Shown one piece after another: positions 21,293-29,679 of a stretch of 64,000 bases of DNA. Source of the stretch: Deltaproteobacteria bacterium (lineage in GTDB: Bacteria; UBA10199; JACPAL01; JAHFST01); NCBI GenBank assembly GCA_023265625.1, contig JAHFST010000011.1:36137-100136 (forward strand), given 5' to 3'. The notes beneath the pieces are model-generated. The model searched no databases. It had not been told where the DNA came from and was given only the letters and a program-made list of their open reading frames with translations. The translations under genes and the position numbers were made by a program. Position 1 is the stretch's first letter. Each line of letters opens with the position of its first letter.

Positions 21293-22009
21293 TCATATCC
21301 GTTCAGTCCCACCAAATTTCTGCCAATGTTTGTCTCGGTAGACAATGTGTTCATCAACGGTGGTTTGGAACGCAGAAAATGCCAGCGGTATCGCAGCTCC
21401 TGGATGGTGGATGATACGTGCTCGCATCGGTCGCTCGATGGTGAAGTCATCCTCTGTTTTAAAGTTGTCGAACCGGCACCCCGGCTCGTTTACAAGAACT
21501 GCGCTGATGTAAGACCTTTCCCCACTGGCAAAGGGGGAGCCGTCGTCCTGATGCTCAAATACAGGCTGATCAACCTGGTTACCTGTCACTGAATCAATTT
21601 TGAAAGTGAAATACTGTTCGCCGAATAGAGAGACGAGTTCTCTATACTCAAGCGACAACCCGACCTGCCGATGATTGTCTAGGACGATGACGAGTGAGAG
21701 CCCTAGATCAGCGTAGGGTTTCAGTTGATCAGCAGCGTTGCGAACCGCACGATTTATTCGCTTCTGTAGCACCATATGGCTGAGACTCATTACATGTGAC
21801 TTTTTTGTATGCAGAACCGTCTTTTTTTCAAACGATTCCACCTCAACAAGGAACGCCAGATTGTCGATCGACTGTACATAAAAGTCAGGTGTTTTGTTGC
21901 ATTTTGGGATTATCTTATTTTTGAAAATATCCTCTTCATACTCATAATGGTATCCGCGTTGCCTTATGAGCCATTCGAATCGGCGAAGGGAGATGACATC
22001 ACTCTTCAT
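21293..22009 (-). CDS. Hypothetical protein, possible PD-(D/E)XK nuclease fold
   Basis: KTPDFYV...FLVEVES motif; 238-aa ORF. Confidence 0.55.
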   Translation of the reverse strand: MKSDVISLRRFEWLIRQRGYHYEYEEDIFKNKIIPKCNKTPDFYVQSIDNLAFLVEVESFEKKTVLHTKKSHVMSLSHMVLQKRINRAVRNAADQLKPYADLGLSLVIVLDNHRQVGLSLEYRELVSLFGEQYFTFKIDSVTGNQVDQPVFEHQDDGSPFASGERSYISAVLVNEPGCRFDNFKTEDDFTIERPMRARIIHHPGAAIPLAFSAFQTTVDEHIVYRDKHWQKFGGTERI

Positions 22010-22161
22010 AATTTACCTATAGCTCCGAGCGAGCTGTCGCATTGAGAACTCCTGTCGCCAAGTTATCTATTTGGCGTAATGAACATAACGGTGTCACACC
22101 TGCGCACAGCCTACTGAAACTCAAAGCTAAGATCCATAAATTCAAACCCATGGAGCCGACT

Positions 22162-22755
22162 TCAATGACCGATGGCCTTTCTCACCATGCACGGCAGGAT
22201 TGTCTTCGGATCGGACCAAAGTCGGATCTTCTTTACCCGCGCTCTTTCTTCGGCGGCAATATAGGGACGCGGATCGTAATCATAGGATTTCTTGTTTGCT
22301 GGATAATCGCTGCAACCAGGACGGTAGTAAGTGGCGAGTCCAATTTCAATAAGCTCAATTCCGATATCTCGACCGTCAACCATTACTTGTCCCAGCACTC
22401 GATTGTAGCGGTCCATCTTGGGGCCTACCGATTGGATTTCAATTTTCTTTCCTTCGATCCGACTCTTAAGCTCCACAGTCGTCAGTTTTCTGAAAGCGGA
22501 ACCCTTTTCCGGTGCATCCATGCCCGCGATCCGCACATGGAATTTGATATTCCCATCGGTGGCATCGAAGGTATCACCGCCGATGATTTTTATTGCCTCA
22601 TAGACGCGGATTGCTGCCCTTGTTTCGCTCTTGGCCTCAAGCGGCATGGGGAAAAAGGAAAGTATGGTGAGGATAAAAAATGAGAGGCTGAACGAAATGG
22701 AGCTGATAGGTTTCAGCGATAAATCCAGTTGAAATTTTTGTAAATGGAGTGCCAT
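22162..22755 (-). CDS. Thermonuclease (SNase)-family protein, exported
   Basis: GDTF, VRIAGMDAPE, DRYNRVLG, GLA, AEERAR..KIRLWS; hydrophobic N-terminus. Confidence 0.88.
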   Translation of the reverse strand: MALHLQKFQLDLSLKPISSISFSLSFFILTILSFFPMPLEAKSETRAAIRVYEAIKIIGGDTFDATDGNIKFHVRIAGMDAPEKGSAFRKLTTVELKSRIEGKKIEIQSVGPKMDRYNRVLGQVMVDGRDIGIELIEIGLATYYRPGCSDYPANKKSYDYDPRPYIAAEERARVKKIRLWSDPKTILPCMVRKAIGH

Positions 22756-22761
22756 TTTGTA

Positions 22762-23445
22762 TCATTCCTCTACTGTTGCGAGGCGCTCAATGAAATTCTT
22801 AGTTAGACCAATGCGGTGTGCCGGAATATCAGCTGCTAATTTTTCAGCTTTCGATAATATGTCTTCGCTTGAAGATCGTGAAAGCCCCTTCAACATCCCT
22901 CCAATGAAAGATTGAGCCATCCTCTCCCACGCGATGGCGAACCCATAAGCATTGACCTGAGTTATAAACGAGGGAGATGTGACACCTAATACATTCATCC
23001 ATTTCACCAAAACCTGAGTGCGAGCCTCATCCGAATCCTTTGAGTAATGAGTTTGGTCAAGAACCTCCGATGAATTACGCTGCAGTCGATGATTGATATC
23101 AGCCAACACGAAAATACCCCAGACCTCCGGTAGATACTGAACGATGTTTGAAGACAACTTGTTGATTGAGTCAGGATCTGGACGCTTGAAGCATCGACAC
23201 AGTCCAACAATAGCCTCATCAATAAGCTGTATTTTTAAATTGGCGTTCAATCCCTGAGGCCCAACGACGGCAGAAATATGGTTTGTTTTAAGAAAAGATT
23301 CGAGCGGAGCAACGAGCTCCATCTCGACATTCTGACGACAGAAATCATAGCCACAAAGGACTGCGGCAACTATGCGCTGTCGATTTGCGTCGAGTTTCGA
23401 AATCTTATACCAAACAGGGTTAAATAATTTATCCAATAGTCCCAT
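22762..23445 (-). CDS. Hypothetical protein
   Basis: 227-aa ORF overlapping the kinase stop; no motif recognised. Confidence 0.65.
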   Translation of the reverse strand: MGLLDKLFNPVWYKISKLDANRQRIVAAVLCGYDFCRQNVEMELVAPLESFLKTNHISAVVGPQGLNANLKIQLIDEAIVGLCRCFKRPDPDSINKLSSNIVQYLPEVWGIFVLADINHRLQRNSSEVLDQTHYSKDSDEARTQVLVKWMNVLGVTSPSFITQVNAYGFAIAWERMAQSFIGGMLKGLSRSSSEDILSKAEKLAADIPAHRIGLTKNFIERLATVEE

Positions 23446-25150
23446 AGTACTTACCCCCTGTCACCGCCATATCCAAAGATCTTATGACGGTTTTGCATAC
23501 GTGCAGATCCAATGGAGGTTTAAAAGTAGGAGGCTTCACGCCAAGTTCATTAGCTATTTTGATCAACTCTTCCTCATGTGTGCCATATGCGTGATCAACT
23601 AGTCTTTTGGCCAGTGTGGGCATGGAGTAGTTTGCCAAAACACAGGCATTCAATGCCGATACCACGGTTAGATTTTCTAGGGTTAGATACAATTCTGCAA
23701 TTTGGTCCGCATATTCACTGAATTTTTCAGACAGCCAGGCCGCAAGCGTGAGCCACATGAGAGGGGCAATAGCGGCCTCATCTGGAGACTTTGATCTATA
23801 TACCTTTAAAATGTGGTCGCATGCTCCACTGGTTTTCCCATTGTAGAGATACCACCATCCAAATTCGGGATAGTTGAATAGGAGAACAGGCGAATATTCG
23901 ACACACCACTTGAACACCACGCTCAATGTTTGGTCGGCTTGACTAAACTCGTTTGCTGCAATCATCTGCCCGGCAAGATTCACCGCAGGGTCTATATACA
24001 GCTTGCCCTCATGCTTGCCCGAAGTAAGACTGAGACTCTCCAAGGCCATCTTAAACATTTCATGAGCCTCCAATTTTCTGCCTTCCGTCAATAGGAGAAT
24101 GGCATATGAGTTCAGCAGGAAAAGGTTAGTGGGACTTTTCTGAAGCGAATTTCGAAGCAATGTTTCGGCCTCTCCGTGGCGACCTTGCGATCTGAGAAAT
24201 GCCGCTTGTACAATAATATCCGAAACCTGATCCGAACGCCGCTGTTGATGTGCTGTGAGGTTGTGAAGACCAGCTTCAGAAATAAGAGCCGTGTACGAAT
24301 TCGGTCGAGATTCTGGACTGAGTCTGAGGGCGGCAATGATAAGGGATATCAAAGGCTGGATTTCCTGACCCCTCTCATTGAAAACCAATCGTAATGGAGC
24401 ATTCCTTAGAATTGGTCGAAAGCGGTAACCAGTTTCAGCGCCCAAGAATGGGTGCTGTCCTGTGAGAGCTTCGTAAAAAGTTACTCCAAGAGAATAAATA
24501 TCAGTCCTGACAGACGGAGAGCCTCCAAAAAATAACTCGGGAGCCATGTAAAGCGGAGTACCTCCAATTCCCCCGAGTAAAATCGAATGATTCATATCTT
24601 TTTGGAGATCGTCTATGCTTCGAAGATCCCCAAGTCTTTCAATGGCAAAGCTCGCCATTCCAAAGTCCGATAGCCGTGGTGCATTTGAAGTATCAAGTAG
24701 TACGTTCGAAGGCTTTATATCCTGGTGTATAATTTTAGTAGAATCGAGCGCGTAGCAAAGCCCCTCGACCAACTGTAAACTGAACTTAATAATATTGGGG
24801 GATGGCCATTCCATGATCTTAGTTTCGGCAAGTGACTTGTCATACCAATCAGCGATAATCGCGGGTTTAGGTCCCCACTCTGTGTAGGCTCTTGCATGCG
24901 AGATATATGGATGGGTTCCGAGAGAAATCCAAAGTTCGACTTCTTTCATGAATTGCGAACGCTCCGCCAATTCCTGATAAGTTTTCAATGCGAGTGGCGG
25001 AAACCAGACTGGGTGTACAGGAATAAGTTGATATACCGTGCCCATTCCACCTTTTAGAATCTTCCCAATGACGAACTTCTCATTCTCCAAGGCCTGCAGT
25101 GAGATAATTGAACCAACTAATGGTTCTGTTAACAATTGGGTGTTGGACAT
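23429..25150 (-). CDS. Hanks-type Ser/Thr protein kinase with TPR-like C-terminal region
   Basis: GGMGTVY, ALK, HQDIKPSN, DFG, GTPLYMAPE, DIYSLG; helical repeats after the kinase domain. Confidence 0.9.
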   Translation of the reverse strand: MSNTQLLTEPLVGSIISLQALENEKFVIGKILKGGMGTVYQLIPVHPVWFPPLALKTYQELAERSQFMKEVELWISLGTHPYISHARAYTEWGPKPAIIADWYDKSLAETKIMEWPSPNIIKFSLQLVEGLCYALDSTKIIHQDIKPSNVLLDTSNAPRLSDFGMASFAIERLGDLRSIDDLQKDMNHSILLGGIGGTPLYMAPELFFGGSPSVRTDIYSLGVTFYEALTGQHPFLGAETGYRFRPILRNAPLRLVFNERGQEIQPLISLIIAALRLSPESRPNSYTALISEAGLHNLTAHQQRRSDQVSDIIVQAAFLRSQGRHGEAETLLRNSLQKSPTNLFLLNSYAILLLTEGRKLEAHEMFKMALESLSLTSGKHEGKLYIDPAVNLAGQMIAANEFSQADQTLSVVFKWCVEYSPVLLFNYPEFGWWYLYNGKTSGACDHILKVYRSKSPDEAAIAPLMWLTLAAWLSEKFSEYADQIAELYLTLENLTVVSALNACVLANYSMPTLAKRLVDHAYGTHEEELIKIANELGVKPPTFKPPLDLHVCKTVIRSLDMAVTGGKYYGTIG

Positions 25151-25288
25151 GCACCCAACCTAAGAAAATATCTAACTATTGTCTAGTTCTTGAATCCCAA
25201 TCAGATGAGTGATTACATGAACCAATGTCGAAATAGAAAATAGAAGACGGAGTAACTAAAAAAAACAAATAACATCATATATTTAAAT

Positions 25289-25337
25289 TAAATTGATCAA
25301 TATTTATTAAAAATGTATTGTAAATTGATCAATATTT
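25289..25337 (+). promoter_or_regulatory. 17-bp direct repeat (TAAATTGATCAATATTT x2), probable operator
   Basis: Copies at 25289-25305 and 25321-25337 just upstream of the ATPase start. Confidence 0.55.
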
Positions 25338-25351
25338 GATAATACTATCTT

Positions 25352-26662
25352 GTGATTCAACGTAAGCTAGCTGCCAAGTTATCTCAACTCATTAAAAATA
25401 AAGAAGAATTTAATAATGTTCTATTGGTGGAAGGGGCGCGTCAGGTGGGGAAGACTACCCTGGTGCGTCAGGTACTTGGAGGGCTTGAACTGCCCTATCG
25501 GGAAATCAACCTGGAGGAGGAGCGGGAACTTGCGGAGAAGATCGACCTCTGTGAGAATTTTTCCCAGTTGGAGCAGTTGATCCAGCTGGACATGAAATTT
25601 CGTTCGGGTGGGAGTCAGGTTCTGTTTATAGATGAGGCCCAGGAGAGCCGGCGTCTGGGGGGCTTTGTTCGTTTCTTTAAGGAAAAATGGCCACACACCC
25701 AGGTGATTCTATCCGGTTCTGTCCTATCACGTTTGTTTCGCGATAATGTTCGCTACCCGGTTGGTCGCGTCACGACGCTGCATCTTCAGCCCTTTTCCTT
25801 TGAAGAATTTCTCATGGCCAAAAAAGAGGAAGCTCTGTTGGAAATGCTGAAGACCGCAGAACTGGCCCCCCTGACCCATGAACGGCTCCTGAAATTGCTG
25901 TCAGAATATGTCGAGGTGGGAGGCTTGCCAGAAGTGGTGACGCACTATGAGCGAGGCCTGGATTGGCGGCAGAAACGTGAGATGTTACTACTGGGGTACT
26001 ACAGTGATTTTAAGAGGGTCTTCGGGGAAGAGAAACAGGCCTATTTCAAGGCGGCCTTGCGTGCCACGGCGTCCCTGTTGGGTGCCCCGTTCAAAAACAG
26101 CGCGGTGGCCCATCTCCTGGATGGGGGGAAAAACAAAACGATCATTGACGCCTTGGGACAACTCGAGGCCTGGAAGATGATCTTTCGCGCGGAACAAAGA
26201 GGCCCCAGCGTGGAGACCTCGTTCCATCCCAAACGTTATCTTTTTGATCTGGGGATTGCCAAGCAACTGAGGGAAATGGCGATTCCAGGCGTGAGTCTTC
26301 TCAAGACCCAATCCATGGATCAAAGGACCCCGGTGGGGGGCTTGATCGAAAATCTTGTGGCACAGGTCTTGATGGCGGATCAACCCGAGCTCTCCGGATG
26401 GAAGAAGGCTACTTCAGGATCGGAGGTCGATTTCATTGTGAAGCAATCTGCGGCAACGGTATTACCCATTGAGTGCAAGGCGGCCTACGCCATCAAGAAC
26501 AGCCATCTCGGCGGCGTGCGGGATTTTATGCGACGGCACAAGGTCACGCGGGGCATGGTGGTGGCGATGGCGCCGTTGGAAAGACGGCGGTTGTCTCGCT
26601 CGGAAGAGATGGTCATTCTTCCCCTCTATCTCATGGAGCGATGGCAGGAGATTCTTGGTTAA
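25352..26662 (+). CDS. AAA_14 ATPase with DUF4143-like C-terminal domain
   Basis: GARQVGKT, FIDEAQ, GGLPE, KRYLFDLG, EVDF..PIECK. Confidence 0.88.
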   Translation: MIQRKLAAKLSQLIKNKEEFNNVLLVEGARQVGKTTLVRQVLGGLELPYREINLEEERELAEKIDLCENFSQLEQLIQLDMKFRSGGSQVLFIDEAQESRRLGGFVRFFKEKWPHTQVILSGSVLSRLFRDNVRYPVGRVTTLHLQPFSFEEFLMAKKEEALLEMLKTAELAPLTHERLLKLLSEYVEVGGLPEVVTHYERGLDWRQKREMLLLGYYSDFKRVFGEEKQAYFKAALRATASLLGAPFKNSAVAHLLDGGKNKTIIDALGQLEAWKMIFRAEQRGPSVETSFHPKRYLFDLGIAKQLREMAIPGVSLLKTQSMDQRTPVGGLIENLVAQVLMADQPELSGWKKATSGSEVDFIVKQSAATVLPIECKAAYAIKNSHLGGVRDFMRRHKVTRGMVVAMAPLERRRLSRSEEMVILPLYLMERWQEILG

Positions 26663-26770
26663 GGTTGAGGGACTTTGTTACAATCTTGCCTGTTTTGTTT
26701 TCGTCGCCGCTCCAGATAACTCCTGATATCGGTTTCGGTGGCGCTTTTGTAGTTTAAAAATTAAAGATTT

Positions 26771-26889
26771 GATTTTTAGAAGGGTGGAGTAGCTTGGCCC
26801 CGTTCCAATCCTTGAGTAGATAATCTCCCGGTAAATTTTCTCCCTCGATCTGGCTAGTGATCGATGTCGATGATGAAAAATGGAGAAAG
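26771..26889 (-). pseudogene. Degenerate internal fragment of the pemK-like toxin gene
   Basis: Aligns with 29054-29171 with substitutions and a 1-nt indel. Confidence 0.85.
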
Positions 26890-26892
26890 ATA

Positions 26893-28812
26893 TTATAATT
26901 CAATTCTTATCTGAGTTTCAACTTGTGCGACCAGCTTCACCTTCTGTACCTTGTGTGTATCCGTTCGCGGAATTTCGCTGGCCTGTAGCCAATGGATGCC
27001 TCGGGGGAGGGCGTGCCTGGCCAATTGGGGGCGGAGCCATTCGATTAACTCTTTATCATCAGGGGGCGTTTGACCGGTTTTTGCGACAACCACCATATGC
27101 GGTACGACTCCCAAGATGGGATCGGGGAGTCCGATGACGTAGGCCTCGCTGATCTTGGGATGTTTTGCCAAAACCGCCTCCACCTCGACAGTGGAGATCA
27201 GTTCGCCGCCGCACTTAAAGATATCTAGGTTTGTGCCTTCCTTGCTGAGCCGTCCCTTGAGTGAGACATAACCGTCGGTATCCACGGAGGCGGCATCACC
27301 GGTGCGGAACCATCCGTCTGTGGTGAAGGATGCCTGGGTGCGTTTGGGATCTCTCCAATATTCGCGACAGATGTTGTCCCCCTTGAGGAGCAAATGGCCG
27401 ATTTGGCCGGTGCCCACTTCACGTGTTTCATCTTCCAGCTCGACGGTGCGGATTTGAATGCCGGGGAGGGGGCGGCCCACCGTTCCGGGGCGGCGGAGTG
27501 AGACATCCATTGGATCGGTAAAATTCATCCCCGTTTCGGTCATCCCGGCCCGATTGAGGGGGCGTTGCCCAAAAATCTCCGTTAGGCGTTTCAGCATGAC
27601 TTCTTCGCTCTTCTCCGAACCCACCACGACCAGACGAAAATGACTGCGGCAAGCCTCGCGGAAGGTCCGTTGTTCGTCTTCAGAGACCGAATCGTAATGG
27701 TTGAGTAGAATTCGATAAATCGATGGAACCGCCATCAATAGGGTGATCCGATCGCGTGTGTTCAAGATTCGTTCCCATGTTTTGGTTGCGCTAAAGAAGG
27801 GCATCATGTCGCAGGTGGCCCCGGACCAGAGGGCACAGCAGAGTACGTTTAAAATTCCATGAAGATGATGGTAGGGCAGGAGACTCAGGATACGGTCTTC
27901 CGGAGTCCAGCCCCAGGCCTCGATCAACGGTTTTAATTGTCCTTCAATGGTTTGATGGTTAAAGACCACTCCCTTGGGGGTTCCGGTGGTGCCGCTGGTG
28001 AATAGGATCATGGCGCGCCGAGTCGGATCGACGTTCGGGAGTTGTTGCGGGGGCGCCGTGATCGCGTCTGCCAGGCTGACTAGGCGGATGCCCCGTTCCA
28101 GGGCCATTTGTTGAAACCATCGAAAAGCGGGCCAATCCGGTTTGATTTCCTGGAGTTGGGGATCAACCAACAGGATATCGGCTTGGCAAAGATCCAGGTC
28201 GCGCGCCAGTTGCGTCCGCCCGCTGCCCAGGCACAAGGGCACGGCAATCCCTCCGGCCCGCCAAATGCCCCACTGAGAGGCGGCATATTCAAACCCCGGG
28301 GCGACCGCAAAGGCGACACGCGCCTCGGTCCCCTCCACCATAAGGTCCGGCATCCCGCTCAACAACGAGGAGGCTACGCAGTGGGAGGCGGTTAACAGGT
28401 CGCGATAGGTGTGTTCTTTTCCCCCGGAGACGATGGCCACCCGCCCTGGATGCGCAAAGGCCCGGGCTAACAGAGGGGGGATCGTGGGTGTGGTTATTTC
28501 GGGCTTATTTTCCAAGGGACGGACTAAGCCGGGTTTTAATTCACTGAGCAATCGTTCTGCCAAATGGACCGAAGGGGAAACTGGGGCCAAGGCGATCAAG
28601 GTTTCTGCCTGGCGCAAAAAAGCCCCCATGTGGTCGTCGAAGAAACTACGCTGATGCGCCCAGGGATCGGCAGTGATCGGTCTCATGCTGCGATCCAACG
28701 TACTGAGATGACGATGACACTCGGACAGGGACGAATCATTTCCTGGCGGCGTAACCAGACGCAAGTATCCCATCAAGGTGCGAGCCACATCGTAGAGGGG
28801 GGTGAATGACAT
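26893..28812 (-). CDS. Acyl-CoA synthetase (MatB/ACSF3-like) with about 110-aa N-terminal extension
   Basis: FTSGTTGTPKG, GMTE, GWFRTGD, KCGGE.IS..EVE. Confidence 0.85.
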   Translation of the reverse strand: MSFTPLYDVARTLMGYLRLVTPPGNDSSLSECHRHLSTLDRSMRPITADPWAHQRSFFDDHMGAFLRQAETLIALAPVSPSVHLAERLLSELKPGLVRPLENKPEITTPTIPPLLARAFAHPGRVAIVSGGKEHTYRDLLTASHCVASSLLSGMPDLMVEGTEARVAFAVAPGFEYAASQWGIWRAGGIAVPLCLGSGRTQLARDLDLCQADILLVDPQLQEIKPDWPAFRWFQQMALERGIRLVSLADAITAPPQQLPNVDPTRRAMILFTSGTTGTPKGVVFNHQTIEGQLKPLIEAWGWTPEDRILSLLPYHHLHGILNVLCCALWSGATCDMMPFFSATKTWERILNTRDRITLLMAVPSIYRILLNHYDSVSEDEQRTFREACRSHFRLVVVGSEKSEEVMLKRLTEIFGQRPLNRAGMTETGMNFTDPMDVSLRRPGTVGRPLPGIQIRTVELEDETREVGTGQIGHLLLKGDNICREYWRDPKRTQASFTTDGWFRTGDAASVDTDGYVSLKGRLSKEGTNLDIFKCGGELISTVEVEAVLAKHPKISEAYVIGLPDPILGVVPHMVVVAKTGQTPPDDKELIEWLRPQLARHALPRGIHWLQASEIPRTDTHKVQKVKLVAQVETQIRIEL

Positions 28813-28820
28813 GGTATTGA

Positions 28821-28845
28821 TTCGCAGTGGTGCTGAATTTGTTGC
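28821..28845 (-). promoter_or_regulatory. Putative alternative-sigma promoter GCAAC-N15-GCGAA
   Basis: Variant of the shared motif; ends 8 nt before the ATG at 28812. Confidence 0.45.
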
Positions 28846-28875
28846 GTGATTTTTATTTTTTTTATTTTTTCAACA

Positions 28876-28976
28876 GATGAATGCTGCGAAGTTGAGTCGT
28901 GCGGCAGAAAAAGTTTTTGGAAAGAGATAGGAAGTTAGCGGGCAGAAAACATTTGATTCCATGCCTGGTTGCAGGC
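28876..28976 (+). repeat. 101-bp direct repeat, copy 2
   Basis: Matches 20969-21069. Confidence 0.95.
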
Positions 28977-29282
28977 GGACAAATCTACTGGCTTTAAGTT
29001 GCCTAATTTTTTCAGGAAAAGTTGATGTTCCACCGAAACCACCTTGGCCAATCGAATTTTAGAAGGGTGGAGTAGTTTGGCCCCGTTCCAATCCTTGAGC
29101 CGATAATCTCCCGGTAAATTTTCTCCCTCGAGCTGGCTAGTGATCATGGCGATGATGGAAAATGGAGGAAGGGTTTTTGGCTGAAAGGAGGTGAGGATCA
29201 GGGCGGGGCGGCGTTTGGTGGTTTTGAGATCCAGAAAGGGGAAGGGGACTAGGACCAGGTCGCCGAAGCTATAGCTTGTCAT
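28935..29282 (-). CDS. PemK/MazF-family toxin
   Basis: GDLVLVPFPF.D...KRRPALI; ITS; KIRLAK. Confidence 0.9.
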   Translation of the reverse strand: MTSYSFGDLVLVPFPFLDLKTTKRRPALILTSFQPKTLPPFSIIAMITSQLEGENLPGDYRLKDWNGAKLLHPSKIRLAKVVSVEHQLFLKKLGNLKPVDLSACNQAWNQMFSAR

Positions 29283-29487
29283 AGTCGGAGTCTTTGGGGT
29301 TGTCCCACTCGGCGAATGCTTTTTCGGACAGTTTCAGCAGCGCCTTGTTTTCCCGCTTGTGCGAAAAGTAACTGGTCAGCGCCTCAACAATAATATCCCG
29401 AATCGAATCCCCCCGCTCCGAGGCCTCCATCCTAAGCAGTCGAGTAATCTGGGGATCTTTGAGGTCGATGGTCAGGCGCGTGTTCAT
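29269..29487 (-). CDS. Putative antitoxin (RHH-like)
   Basis: RLTIDL; C-terminal SEKAFAEWDNPKDSDY; overlaps toxin start. Confidence 0.8.
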   Translation of the reverse strand: MNTRLTIDLKDPQITRLLRMEASERGDSIRDIIVEALTSYFSHKRENKALLKLSEKAFAEWDNPKDSDYDKL

Positions 29488-29491
29488 CTCT

Positions 29492-29519
29492 ACATAAAAA
29501 CATATATATGTTTTTATGT
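29492..29519. promoter_or_regulatory. Perfect 28-bp palindrome, probable TA autoregulatory operator
   Basis: ACATAAAAACATAT-ATATGTTTTTATGT, 4 nt from the antitoxin ATG. Confidence 0.75.
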
Positions 29520-29623
29520 CTAATAGTAAATAAAAAGCTATTATAATTCAATTGGTTGAATGTGTACCCGGTACATATTTTTTCATATTTTTGCCAATTT
29601 TTTCAAGAATAGTCGGTTATAAA

Positions 29624-29648
29624 GCAACTTTTCTTTCCTATTCCCGAT
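29624..29648 (+). promoter_or_regulatory. Putative alternative-sigma promoter GCAAC-N15-CCGAT(AA)
   Basis: CCGATAA resembles the sigma28 -10 element. Confidence 0.55.
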
Positions 29649-29679
29649 AATGAAGCTGCTTGTTAGGAGACAGAAAACA

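Noticed and set aside
22042-22683. 213-aa plus-strand ORF and other long antisense ORFs (29804-30394, 53828-54901, 60262-60954)
   Set aside because: They are shadows of better-supported genes on the other strand or frame and show no motifs or RBS.
21990-25200. Integron cassette array (GTTRRRY-like sites near 22085 and 25155-25170 on the minus strand)
   Set aside because: No matching inverse core sites or full attC hairpins, no repeated attC family and no intI in the window.
25289-25337. CRISPR array suggested by short direct repeats here and at 32530-32580
   Set aside because: Only two AT-rich copies each, overlapping promoters; no cas genes. The Cas4-like AddB nuclease is coupled to a helicase instead.
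26663-26770. Possible additional gene fragment on the minus strand (NYKSATETDIRSYLERRRKQ)
   Set aside because: Too short, no start codon and no match elsewhere in the window; it cannot be supported without a search.
29650-29679. ORF-track start for the large orphan
   Set aside because: It overlaps the putative -10 element; the ATG at 29680 has an AGGAG RBS.
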